A stretch of DNA of 64,000 nt from an uncultured Anaerolineales bacterium (GTDB lineage Bacteria > Chloroflexota > Anaerolineae > B4-G1 > SLSP01), in assembly GCA_964437445.1 (NCBI GenBank), contig CAYTGR010000002.1, forward strand, positions 52,406 through 116,405. The letters are read 5' to 3'. The notes beneath the pieces were generated by a model that had not been told where the DNA came from, did no database searches, and saw nothing but the letters and a program-made list of their open reading frames with translations. The position numbers and the translations under genes are program-made. Positions 19,185 through 27,980 of the stretch are shown here, one piece after another. Within the stretch, counting starts at the first letter, position 1. Each line of letters begins with the position of its first letter.

Positions 19185-20024
19185 TTACGGCTGCGTCTGC
19201 CAGCCGCCGCCGTGGAACTTGCCGCCACCGCGCAGCATCCCGCTGCCCATCAGTCCGCCTCCGCGTAGCATCGTACCGCTGCCGGCCGTCCAGGTCTTCG
19301 CCACCTGTTGGGTGAGGGTCTCGCGCATCAGCTCCACCATCAAGTCGGCTTGCTTCTGCGTCAATTTCCCCGCTTTGACGGCCTCATCCAGGTCGGCCTT
19401 GCGCTCGGCGACCAGGGCTTCCACAATGTCCGAGGCTTTCTTCCCGGCGCTCTCGGCAATCTCGGCGAAGGTTTTGCCTTCTTCGAGTGCGGTCACCACT
19501 TGCTCCTCGCTCAGGCCGGTGACTTCAGCCGTAGTGGTCACCAGTGGACCTCCCGGTTGCCCGCCATTGCGAGTTGGCCAGGTCTTGTCCAGCTGTTGCG
19601 TGGCATCTTCACGGGCCAGTTCCAGCATGAGATCGGCTTGCTTCTGGGTGAGGTTGCCCGCTTTCACCGCGGCATCCAGCTCCGTCTTGCGGGCGGCCAC
19701 GAAGGCTTCCACGATATCCGTGGCTTTCTTCCCGGCGCCCTCGGCGATCTGGGCGATGGTCTGGCCCTCTTGCAGGGCGGTGGTGACTTTGTCCTCGCTC
19801 AGCCCGGTGACTTCGGCGGTGGCGCTCACCAGGGAGCCGTTGCCTCGCCCGAAGCCTTTCATCCCGCCGTGACCGCCGCGCCCGCCATAAGAGGAGCAAT
19901 CGCACGTACAGCTATTATCCGTAGTGACCGGCGGTTGAGTATCCTGGGCTAAGGTGACCCCCGCCACTCCCAACACCAGCACTCCGGCCAACACCAAAGC
20001 AATCCACAGGCTTTTCTTTAACAT
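19185..20024 (-). CDS. Secreted protein with two ~95-aa helical repeats and Gly/Met-rich linkers
   Basis: Signal peptide (MLKKSLWIALVLAGVLVLGVAGVTLA); repeats A(E)VTGLSE..V.TAL.EG.T.A.IAE.AGKKA.DIVEA.VA.RK..LD.AVKAG.LTQKQADLM. Confidence 0.85.
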   Translation of the reverse strand: MLKKSLWIALVLAGVLVLGVAGVTLAQDTQPPVTTDNSCTCDCSSYGGRGGHGGMKGFGRGNGSLVSATAEVTGLSEDKVTTALQEGQTIAQIAEGAGKKATDIVEAFVAARKTELDAAVKAGNLTQKQADLMLELAREDATQQLDKTWPTRNGGQPGGPLVTTTAEVTGLSEEQVVTALEEGKTFAEIAESAGKKASDIVEALVAERKADLDEAVKAGKLTQKQADLMVELMRETLTQQVAKTWTAGSGTMLRGGGLMGSGMLRGGGKFHGGGWQTQP

Positions 20025-20072
20025 TCATACACCTCCTTAAATAGGCTGTATCGTTTTGCCTGAACTGCTCAT

Positions 20073-20107
20073 AGTATAGCCGGCTTGTGTGAAGATTTGA
20101 TGAAGAA
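20073..20107 (-). promoter_or_regulatory. -10 element plus OmpR-type direct repeat upstream of the secreted protein gene
   Basis: Minus-strand TATACT (20073-20078). TCTTCA direct repeat with 11-nt period (20090-20095, 20101-20106) in the -35 position. Confidence 0.5.
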
Positions 20108-20249
20108 ACATCGTGGAGTGTGTGGAGGTCGCCGTGTGGGGGCAAAGGTTTCCCAAACGCCAAATCTGAGTACAATCTCATTCAGTGAAGGTTCGCCGGC
20201 CGTCCACGAATGATTTAACGAATATTCGTGTATTTGTGGGCGGCAAGCC

Positions 20250-20283
20250 AGCGCGTTGAACGGCGCTCCAGCGCCTGACGACG
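20250..20283. repeat. Degenerate GTAG-type REP-like hairpin
   Basis: AGCGCGTTGAACGGCGCTCCAGCGCCTGACGAC resembles the reverse complement of the 43171 copy. Confidence 0.55.
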
Positions 20284-20358
20284 TACTTTCCACAACTCTT
20301 TTCAACTGCTCACGATTCTCTACCCACTGCTCACCAGTTATGTTAAGGAGTGTCGGCG

Positions 20359-22245
20359 ATGGAAGCTGTGACCGGGACAAGCATGGAGATTGAAGCTAAA
20401 TTTAGCGTGCGGGAGGCGGAGACCTTCCGGCGGCTTCTGGAGGTGCCGGAACTGGCCGGATTGGCGCTTTCGGCGGGGCGGCCCAGGCCCCTGCGCGATA
20501 CCTACCTGGATACGCCGGCGTGGTCCATTTTGGCCGCCGGCTACGTGCTGCGCCGCCGCGAGGAAGCGGAGGGGATCCGGCTCACGCTCAAGGGGATGGG
20601 GGGCGTGACCGGGGCAGTACACCGCCGGGAGGAGGTGGAACTGGTACTGCCGGCCGATCTGCCCCCGGCGGAATGGCCGGCCGATCCCTTGCGTGAGCGG
20701 GTGTTGGCCTGGAGCGGGGAATCCGCGTTGCTGCCGCTGGTGACATTGACGCAGACGCGCTTCATCCGCCGGTTGAGTGAGGGCGAGCGCGAGGTGGCCG
20801 AATTCAGCCTGGACGAGGTGACGCTGAGCGCCGGGGAGCGCCAGACCTCTTTCCGGGTGTTGGAGATAGAGCTGGCCCCGGCGGGCACAGAGGCCGACCT
20901 GGCCGCGCTGGTCAGCGTACTGCGGTCGGCCTGGCGGCTGCGGCCGGAGCCGCTTTCTAAGTTTGAGCGGGCCTTCGCGTTTGCCGGCGGGCGACTGCTC
21001 TTGCCCTATGAGGAGCCGGTCCTGCAACGTTGGGCGACGCGGGCCGACCGCCAGGGGCAGCGGGCGCGCGCCTTGCTGGCCCTGGCCGAGGGGCAGGGGG
21101 TAGACGAGGTGGCTGCGCTGACCGGGTTGACGGTGGGCGCGGTGCGTTATCTCCGCCGGCGCTTTCGGCAGCAGCGGCTGGCGCTCTTCCCCCCGGCAGT
21201 GGAGGAAGCGAGTGAGCCGCCGGCGGTTGTCCCTGCGCCGCCGACGCCTTCCGCGACCCCTGCTCCGGCTCTCACCCGCCCCGGCCTGGAGCCGGATGAT
21301 CCCATGCCCGAAGCTGCCCGCAAAGTCCTGGCCTTCCATTTCCAACAGATGCTGGCGCACGAGGCCGGCACGCGGCTGGGCGAGGACCCGGAGGAGCTGC
21401 ACGATATGCGGGTGGCTACGCGGCGGATGCGGGCCGCGTTCAACCTTTTCACCGATTTCCTGGATGCCAGGCAGATGAGGCCGTTTCTCAAAGGGTTGCG
21501 GCGGACCGGGCGGACCTTGGGGGCTGTCCGCGACCTGGATGTCTTTTACGAGAAGGCGCAGCACTATCTCGCTGCGTTGCCGCCGGAACGCCAGGATGAG
21601 CTGGCGCCCCTGCTCACCGCCTGGGCCGCCGAGCGGGAGCAGGCGCGCGCCTATCTGCTGGCCTACCTGGATAGTGATCTCTACCGGCAGTTTGTGGAGA
21701 CCTTTGGCGAGTGGTTGGCACGGCCACAGGCGTGTTCCCCACGTCTCTCAGCGGAAGGGGCCCCGCTGCCGTATCGTGTGCGCCATGTCGCGCCGGGGCT
21801 GATTTACGGTCAGCTGGCCGCGGTTCGCGCTTACGATGAGTGGCTCACCGGCCCTGACGTGCCGTTGGCCCGTTTCCACCAGCTGCGCATCGCTTTCAAA
21901 GGGCTCCGTTACACGCTGGAATTTTTCCAGGAGGTGCTGGGACCGGAGATTAAACCGGCGATCAATTTGCTCAAGGGGTTGCAGGACCACCTGGGCGATT
22001 TGCAGGACGCGGTGGTGGCCAGCACGCTCCTGCGCGACTTTTTGACCTGGGGGACCTGGCGCCCTCCGACCGGCAAGAAAGCCGGGGCCCCGGCAGAGCC
22101 GGTCATTGCGCCGGGTGTGGCGGCCTATCTGGGCGCGCGCCAGGCGGAGTTACAGCAGCTGGTGGCGACCTTCCCGCCGGTTTGGGAGCCGGTCCGGGGG
22201 GGAGAATTGGGGCGGTTAGTAGCCGCGGCGGTGGCCGCGTTATGA
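20359..22245 (+). CDS. CYTH - HTH - CHAD fusion protein
   Basis: CYTH EIEAKF, DTYLDT, SLDEV, LEIEL, SKFERA. HTH RARALLALAEG.GVDEVAALTG. CHAD LHDMRVATRRMRA, LGAVRDLDV, FHQLRI..KGLRY, LQDHLGDLQD. Confidence 0.88.
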   Translation: MEAVTGTSMEIEAKFSVREAETFRRLLEVPELAGLALSAGRPRPLRDTYLDTPAWSILAAGYVLRRREEAEGIRLTLKGMGGVTGAVHRREEVELVLPADLPPAEWPADPLRERVLAWSGESALLPLVTLTQTRFIRRLSEGEREVAEFSLDEVTLSAGERQTSFRVLEIELAPAGTEADLAALVSVLRSAWRLRPEPLSKFERAFAFAGGRLLLPYEEPVLQRWATRADRQGQRARALLALAEGQGVDEVAALTGLTVGAVRYLRRRFRQQRLALFPPAVEEASEPPAVVPAPPTPSATPAPALTRPGLEPDDPMPEAARKVLAFHFQQMLAHEAGTRLGEDPEELHDMRVATRRMRAAFNLFTDFLDARQMRPFLKGLRRTGRTLGAVRDLDVFYEKAQHYLAALPPERQDELAPLLTAWAAEREQARAYLLAYLDSDLYRQFVETFGEWLARPQACSPRLSAEGAPLPYRVRHVAPGLIYGQLAAVRAYDEWLTGPDVPLARFHQLRIAFKGLRYTLEFFQEVLGPEIKPAINLLKGLQDHLGDLQDAVVASTLLRDFLTWGTWRPPTGKKAGAPAEPVIAPGVAAYLGARQAELQQLVATFPPVWEPVRGGELGRLVAAAVAAL

Positions 22246-22760
22246 GGAGGCAGGGGGTGACGATTGACGAGCTCAAAACGTGGTTGCATCTCCAACCTTT
22301 GCTGCCGGAGGGCGGATTTTTCGCCGAGACCTATCGGGCCGACGAGGTGATCCCGGCCGAGGCGTTGCCGGAGCGTTATGGGGCGCCGCGCGCTTACGGC
22401 ACAGCCATCTATTACTTGTTGACGCCGGAGACCTTTTCGGCGCTGCACCGCCTGCACTCCGACGAGGTCTATCATTTCTACCTGGGCGATCCGGTAGAGT
22501 TGCTCCAACTGTTGCCAGACGGCACCGGCCGGGTCGTGCGGTTAGGAACCGCACTGGCGCAGGGCGAGCGCCCACAGACGGTGGTGCCGCACGGCGTCTG
22601 GCAGGGCTCGCGACTGGCTCCCGGTGGGCAGTGGGCCCTGCTGGGCACTACCGTCGCGCCGGGCTTTGATCCTGCCGATTTTGAGGCCGGTGAGCGAGAA
22701 GCGTTACTGGCCGCTTATCCGGCGTTCCGGGAGTGGATCCTATTATTGACTCACGGCTGA
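22242..22760 (+). CDS. Cupin_5 / DUF985 family protein
   Basis: PEGGFFAETY, TAIYYLL, HRLHSDEVYHFYLG and VAPGFD..DF motifs. ATGA overlap with CHAD stop. Confidence 0.85.
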   Translation: MRRQGVTIDELKTWLHLQPLLPEGGFFAETYRADEVIPAEALPERYGAPRAYGTAIYYLLTPETFSALHRLHSDEVYHFYLGDPVELLQLLPDGTGRVVRLGTALAQGERPQTVVPHGVWQGSRLAPGGQWALLGTTVAPGFDPADFEAGEREALLAAYPAFREWILLLTHG

Positions 22761-22778
22761 GCACGGGTTGGTTGGGGG

Positions 22779-22807
22779 TTGCCAAACCGGGCTTTTTGAG
22801 GTATAAG
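22779..22807 (+). promoter_or_regulatory. Sigma70-type promoter ~600 nt upstream of the Mg-transporter genes
   Basis: TTGCCA, 17 nt, TATAAG. Confidence 0.7.
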
Positions 22808-22960
22808 AGAGGGGCGCAGGCGGATACCCCGGTTCTCCGCGCCTGCAGGTAGCCATAATTATCCATGGAAACTGATTCTACTAATCGGCAAACAGAGCCT
22901 TACTTAGCTTACTGGCTATCTCTGCCCGACCTGGTGCTCGCAGTTGAGAGGAGGTGCGCT

Positions 22961-22978
22961 ATGCTGCCTCCTTCGTGA
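22961..22978 (+). other. Candidate leader uORF MLPPS
   Basis: GGAGG (22950-22954), 6 nt, ATG CTG CCT CCT TCG TGA. CCTCC is complementary to its own RBS. Confidence 0.35.
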
Positions 22979-23076
22979 CGCGCACTTGCCGGGCCGGCCG
23001 GGCTTTGTCTGCCGCACTGGGGCTGTTAGCCGCTTCAGCACGGAGCGAAAAAACCATTCTCTTAAGGAGGCAGGCA

Positions 23077-23394
23077 ATGATTACCATTCTCAGATCATCT
23101 GAAGCCGGTCCGGTGACGCTCAACGAGGTCTATCCAGGCACCCGGGTCAACGTGGTTGACACCACGGCTAAGCAGCATTCCCTCCCCGAAGCAGAGGGAG
23201 TGCTCTTTGTTTATCTTGCTCTCACGGCTCGTCGCAGCGGGCCAGAACCCCGTTTGCTGCGACCAAGTTCTATTTCGTTAACCGCGCTCTATTCTCAAGC
23301 CCCGTTCGGACGCACTACGAGCCTGCCGGCTGAGTCTCAGCGCTACCTGACCGATGGTGGCTGCTTGCCTGCCTGGGTCTCATCTGAAGGTTGA
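23077..23394 (+). CDS. Possible 105-aa hypothetical protein, or a structured non-coding leader
   Basis: Strong AAGGAGG RBS and a stop 15 nt before the next gene, but no recognisable family, atypical codons and several hairpins. Confidence 0.3.
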   Translation: MITILRSSEAGPVTLNEVYPGTRVNVVDTTAKQHSLPEAEGVLFVYLALTARRSGPEPRLLRPSSISLTALYSQAPFGRTTSLPAESQRYLTDGGCLPAWVSSEG

Positions 23395-23409
23395 AGTAGG
23401 AGGACTGCC

Positions 23410-24672
23410 ATGCTATATCTCAGCCAATTGCAAGGACGACAGGTCTGGGACGCCTGGGGACATCCTGTGGGGCGTTGTGTAGATGTGCTGGTGGGGGCGG
23501 TGGAGCAACCCTTCCCGCTGGTCCGGGCGTTGGTGCTCCGTGACGGCGACGAGGGGCGCCATTTCATTCCGGCGGCGGAGATCAGCACGCTCTACCCCAG
23601 TATTACTCTAAACGTTCCCAAAGAGCGGAGCAAGCCTTATATGCCGGTGGGCGATGAGCTCTGGTTGGTGGATCGTATTCTGGACCGCCAGATTGTGGAT
23701 ACCGATGATCGGCGCGTCGTGCGCGTCAATGATTTGCAGCTGGCCCGGGTCGGCGAGCGGTATTGCCTGACGGGAGTGGACGTGGGGACGTTCGGCTTGT
23801 TACGGCGGCTGGGATTAGAGAAAATGGGGCGTTGGGTGGCCCGGCTCCTCAAATATCACGCCAAGAGCAACGTGATCCCCTGGGAAGATGTAGCCCCCTT
23901 ACAACAGGAGGATCCATTGCGGTTGCGGGTCTCCCGCGATCGCATCATCCAATTACCTCCGGCCGATATTGCCGCCATCCTCAACGACCTGGACCACCAT
24001 ACCGGCGAGGCGTTGTTGCAAACTTTTAACAATGAGACGCTGGCCGATGCGTTGGAAGAAAGCCCCGCTGATGTGCAGGTAGCGGTACTTTCGCAACTAT
24101 CGCCGGAGCGGGCGGCTGACGTTTTGGAGGAGATGGGTCCCGATGAGGCGGCAGATCTGTTGGCTGATTTACCCACGGCCACCAGTGAGCAGCTGCTCTC
24201 GTTGATGGAAGGCGATGAAGCGGCTGAAGTGCGCTCATTGCTGGCCTACCCTGAGGATTCCGCGGGGGGCATTATGACCACCGAGTTTGCCCGCGCCCCA
24301 CGGGGGTTGCGGGCGGGGGAACTCCTGGACTATCTGCGCCATTCAGAGGCGGCCCAGGAGGATGAAGCCATGTACTACGTCTACCTGGTTGATGATGAAC
24401 AGTGCCTGTGTGGCGTCATCAGCTTGCGCGATTTGGTGATGTTGCCCCCCGAGGCGGAGCTGGCTCCCTGGATCACTGCGGAGCCGGTCACGGTGACCCC
24501 GTTGACATCGCAGGAGGATGTGGCCTACACGGTGGCAAAGTATGATTTGCTGGCCGTGCCGGTAGTGAACCCTGACAGCGGCGTATTGCTGGGAATTGTG
24601 ACGGTGGATGATGCCATTGATGCGGTGTTGCCGACGGCCTGGAAGAAACGTCTGCCCCGTTTCTTTCAATGA
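23410..24672 (+). CDS. MgtE intracellular-region protein (PRC-barrel + MgtE_N + CBS pair, no TM domain)
   Basis: DRQIVD.D.RRVVRVND, PADIA.IL, ADVLEEM.PDEAADLL, SAGGIMTTEF, YYVYLVD and GIVTVDDAID. Confidence 0.88.
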   Translation: MLYLSQLQGRQVWDAWGHPVGRCVDVLVGAVEQPFPLVRALVLRDGDEGRHFIPAAEISTLYPSITLNVPKERSKPYMPVGDELWLVDRILDRQIVDTDDRRVVRVNDLQLARVGERYCLTGVDVGTFGLLRRLGLEKMGRWVARLLKYHAKSNVIPWEDVAPLQQEDPLRLRVSRDRIIQLPPADIAAILNDLDHHTGEALLQTFNNETLADALEESPADVQVAVLSQLSPERAADVLEEMGPDEAADLLADLPTATSEQLLSLMEGDEAAEVRSLLAYPEDSAGGIMTTEFARAPRGLRAGELLDYLRHSEAAQEDEAMYYVYLVDDEQCLCGVISLRDLVMLPPEAELAPWITAEPVTVTPLTSQEDVAYTVAKYDLLAVPVVNPDSGVLLGIVTVDDAIDAVLPTAWKKRLPRFFQ

Positions 24673-24712
24673 GAGGCAATCGGGAAGCTGCTAACTTTTT
24701 CTGGAGAATGAG

Positions 24713-25963
24713 ATGATGAAGCGTAATTTGCGAATTCCTGCCTGGTTGCGGAGAGTTTTCTTTTACCTGTCCATTCTGGGGCCGGGGATGATTACGGCCA
24801 GCGCTGACAATGATGCGCCGGGGATTGCCACCTACTCCATGGCCGGTTCCACCTACGGGTATCGTTTCCTGTGGCTGATCGTGATCATCACGATCGGAGA
24901 GGTCATTGTTCAGGAGATGGCGGCCCGCATGGGCGCGGTGACCGGCAAGGGCACGGCGGATCTGATCCGCGAGCGGTTTGGGGTGCGTATCACCGCTTTT
25001 GCCATGTTTTGTCTGCTGCTGGGCAACCTGGGCACCACGATTGCAGAATTTGCAGGCGTAGCCGCCGGTACGGAGCTGTTGGGCATCAGCCGCTACATTA
25101 CTGTGCCGTTGGCTGCCCTGTTGGTCGGCTTTCTCGTGCTGCGCGGCTCGTATGAGCGTGTGGAAAAAGTGCTGCTGGTGCTCTGTCTGGCGGCCTTGAG
25201 TTATGTGGTCACCGCCTTTGCCGTGCGCCCCCCCTGGATGGAGGTGCTCCGCGATGCTGTCACGCCTACTTTCAAGGGTGATACCAATTACATCCTGGCA
25301 GTGCTGGCGACCATTGGGACGACGATCACCCCGTGGGGGATTGTCTATATGCAGGCTTCGGTCGCCGATAAGGAGATTAATTTAAAGGATTATGCTAACA
25401 CCCGGCTGGATGTTTCTTTTGGGGCGGCCTGGGGGAATGTGGTTTCAGCCTTCATCGTGATTACGACTGCGGCCACGTTGTATGTCCACGGCATTCAGGT
25501 GGAGACGGCAGAGCAGGCGGCGCAGGCGTTGGCGCCCCTGGCCGGAGCCGGCGCGCGCTATCTATTCACCGCCGGCCTGCTGGGCGCTTCTTTGTTGGCC
25601 GCTTCGGTGCTGCCGCTTTCCACGACTTACGCGGTTTGCGAGGCTTTCGGCTGGGAGCGCGGTCTGGATCAAAAATTTAACAACGCGCGGGTCTTTTACG
25701 GGCTCTATATCGGGATTATCGTGTTAAGCGTGCTGGTGGTGCTCATTCCGGGGATTCCCCTCTTCCCGATTATGTGGCTCTCGCAGTCGCTCAACGCGAT
25801 TTTGCTGCCGGTGTTGTTGGTGCTGGTGCTCAAGTTGGTCAACGACCGCCGGCTTATGCGGGACTGGGTCAACGCGCGCTGGCAAAATCTGCTGGCCGGC
25901 GGGTTGACCATTTTGATTGCGCTGGTCACGGTGACCTTGCTGGCCTCGCCACTGCTGAAGTGA
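24713..25963 (+). CDS. NRAMP/SLC11-family divalent metal transporter (non-canonical, probably Mg-type)
   Basis: LGPGMITASADNDAPGIATYS, QEMAARMG.VTG.G and GTTITPW (no DPGN/MPH); about 11 TM helices. Confidence 0.88.
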   Translation: MMKRNLRIPAWLRRVFFYLSILGPGMITASADNDAPGIATYSMAGSTYGYRFLWLIVIITIGEVIVQEMAARMGAVTGKGTADLIRERFGVRITAFAMFCLLLGNLGTTIAEFAGVAAGTELLGISRYITVPLAALLVGFLVLRGSYERVEKVLLVLCLAALSYVVTAFAVRPPWMEVLRDAVTPTFKGDTNYILAVLATIGTTITPWGIVYMQASVADKEINLKDYANTRLDVSFGAAWGNVVSAFIVITTAATLYVHGIQVETAEQAAQALAPLAGAGARYLFTAGLLGASLLAASVLPLSTTYAVCEAFGWERGLDQKFNNARVFYGLYIGIIVLSVLVVLIPGIPLFPIMWLSQSLNAILLPVLLVLVLKLVNDRRLMRDWVNARWQNLLAGGLTILIALVTVTLLASPLLK

Positions 25964-26134
25964 GCAGGTCCAGCGACTCTTTGAGGTTGGAAGAAGGGGA
26001 GTTTGCGCGCGGCCAGGCCACGCCAAACTTCCCTGCAAACTCTCTTTGAAATACCCCCGCGCGACGGCTAATTTGACTTCTCCCTCTTTTGTGATTTACT
26101 CCCGGTCTGTATAGCCTGGGATGGAAGGGGAAGG

Positions 26135-27946
26135 GTGTTGAAGAAGATCGTTGGCTGGTTATTCCGCCCGCGTACAGTACGGTTGCCTTTACTGTTATGG
26201 CTGCTGGTGTTGGCAGGCCTGGTTTTATCACTCTGGCGACCTCCCATGACGCCTTCCTCACTTCCAGGTGAAGTGCGTTATCTTGTGGCGACCCCAACGC
26301 CAGGCGTGGGGCCGGCTACACCCGGCCCCACGCCGACGCCGGTGGGCAGTGGCGGCACCTTAGCCTTCACTATGCGCCACAACGGTAATAGTGACATCTA
26401 TCTACTTTCCCAAAGTGATCGGCAACTGCTCCGACTGACCTTTGACCCGGCGGAGGACCGCGATCCGGCCTGGTCGCCCGATGGCCGCTGGCTGGCTTTC
26501 GCCTCGCACCGGGGCGGTAACTGGGATCTTTACCTGATGGACATGACCTCCGGCACTGTCGTTCGCCTGACCCGCGACCCCGGTTTTGATGCCGGCCCCA
26601 CCTGGTCGCCCGATGGCCAATGGCTGGCCTACGAATCGTACCGCGATAACAACCTGGACCTGCGGATCATCAGCGTGGACGGGGAACAGAATTACCGGCT
26701 GACAACCGCCCCCGCCCCGGATTATTCACCGGCCTGGTCGCCGGATGGTCGCCATATTGTCTTCACCTCTTATCGTAATGGCAACCGTGATCTTTACCTT
26801 TTCCCCCTGGATACCGGCGAGAGCGGCGTCATCAATTTGACCCAGACGCCGGAAGAGGATGAGGACCGGGCGGCCTGGTCGCCGGATGGCACGTTCCTGG
26901 CCTATACCACCGGTGTGGCGGGCAATGAGACGCTCTGGTTCCTGCCGGTCGTTCCCGAACAGAGCACTTCCACCGAAGAGAGCCTGGTGCGCCCCACGCT
27001 CTTTGGGTTGGGCGGCAACGCGGCCTGGGCGCCGGACGGCAAGGCCCTGGCCTTCATTGCACGCCGCCAGTCTCAATCGTACCTGGTAGCGGCTGACATC
27101 GCCGGCTGGGGGGTGGCGCAGGAGGGGTACAGTACCGGCGATTGGCTGGATCACCCCACCTGGACCCATGTGGCGTTGGAAGCGGAACTGGTCAACCGGC
27201 TGCGAGCCCGGATGGCGGAAGCCGAATCGCCGCTCTATACGGAGCTGCACCTTTCGGCCAGCGTGCAGCCGACGCAATACCGGCTGGTAGGGCTACCCGA
27301 TGTCAACGGCGGGGACGGGCGTGAGCAGCTCAGCGATCAGGTGAACGATAGCTTCAATGCCCTCCGGCGAGCCGTTTTAGAGCAAACGGGTTGGGATTAC
27401 CTTTCGGTACTGGGGGATTCCTGGCGGCCCATGAATCACACCCCGCGCCCCGGACAGGGGCGGATCTCCTGGCATGTCTGTGGCCGGGCGGTAGACATTG
27501 ATCAGGGCTATCTGCGCAGCGGTAACGCGGAGCTGGTGAAAGAGGAGATCGGCGGGGTCACTTACTGGCGTGTCTACATCAAGGCCAAAGTCCAGGATGG
27601 GACGCTGGGAGAGCCGTTACGGGTCGCGCCGTGGGACCTGGCCGCCCGCGACAAAGGAGGCGCGGCCACGGCGCAGGGGGGGGAACTCAAGGCGCAGGTG
27701 TCGGCCGGGTACTACGTGGATTTCACCGCTTTGGCGGCGGATTACGGTTGGGAGCGGCGGAACGCGCTTTCCAATTGGCGCAGCTCGTATTACGATATTG
27801 AGTGGTGGCACTTCCAGAAGACCGAGGGGATCAGCTGGTACGATTGCATGTTGGAACTCTACAGCGCGGAAGAGGTCAAGGCTTCTTACGGTGACCTGCC
27901 CTGGTGGACGAAGTGGCCGGAGTGGAAGATCCTGGCGCTGCCGTGA
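26135..27946 (+). CDS. Membrane-anchored TolB-like (PD40) propeller fused to an M15-type Zn peptidase domain
   Basis: N-terminal TM, Pro/Thr linker, repeated P.WSPDG. C-terminal SWHVCGRAVD (SxHxxGxAxD) and EWWH. Confidence 0.82.
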   Translation: MLKKIVGWLFRPRTVRLPLLLWLLVLAGLVLSLWRPPMTPSSLPGEVRYLVATPTPGVGPATPGPTPTPVGSGGTLAFTMRHNGNSDIYLLSQSDRQLLRLTFDPAEDRDPAWSPDGRWLAFASHRGGNWDLYLMDMTSGTVVRLTRDPGFDAGPTWSPDGQWLAYESYRDNNLDLRIISVDGEQNYRLTTAPAPDYSPAWSPDGRHIVFTSYRNGNRDLYLFPLDTGESGVINLTQTPEEDEDRAAWSPDGTFLAYTTGVAGNETLWFLPVVPEQSTSTEESLVRPTLFGLGGNAAWAPDGKALAFIARRQSQSYLVAADIAGWGVAQEGYSTGDWLDHPTWTHVALEAELVNRLRARMAEAESPLYTELHLSASVQPTQYRLVGLPDVNGGDGREQLSDQVNDSFNALRRAVLEQTGWDYLSVLGDSWRPMNHTPRPGQGRISWHVCGRAVDIDQGYLRSGNAELVKEEIGGVTYWRVYIKAKVQDGTLGEPLRVAPWDLAARDKGGAATAQGGELKAQVSAGYYVDFTALAADYGWERRNALSNWRSSYYDIEWWHFQKTEGISWYDCMLELYSAEEVKASYGDLPWWTKWPEWKILALP

Positions 27947-27980
27947 GCTGTCAGCGGCCAACCATCAGGAACCGGCTTAG

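Noticed and set aside
20354-20380. GGCGATGG resembling a fluoride riboswitch
   Set aside because: No complementary TTCGCC stem; the ATG is simply the CYTH-CHAD start codon.
21050-21180. IS630-like HTH as evidence of a transposon
   Set aside because: It is in frame within CYTH-CHAD, with no DDE domain, terminal inverted repeats or target duplication.
22808-23409. Canonical M-box (ykoK) or yybP-ykoY riboswitch
   Set aside because: Hallmark segments (AGGTGAGGCT, GTGCTAAAGC, GGGGAGTAGC) were not found; only a GGGTCAAC fragment matches. Kept as an unexplained leader instead.
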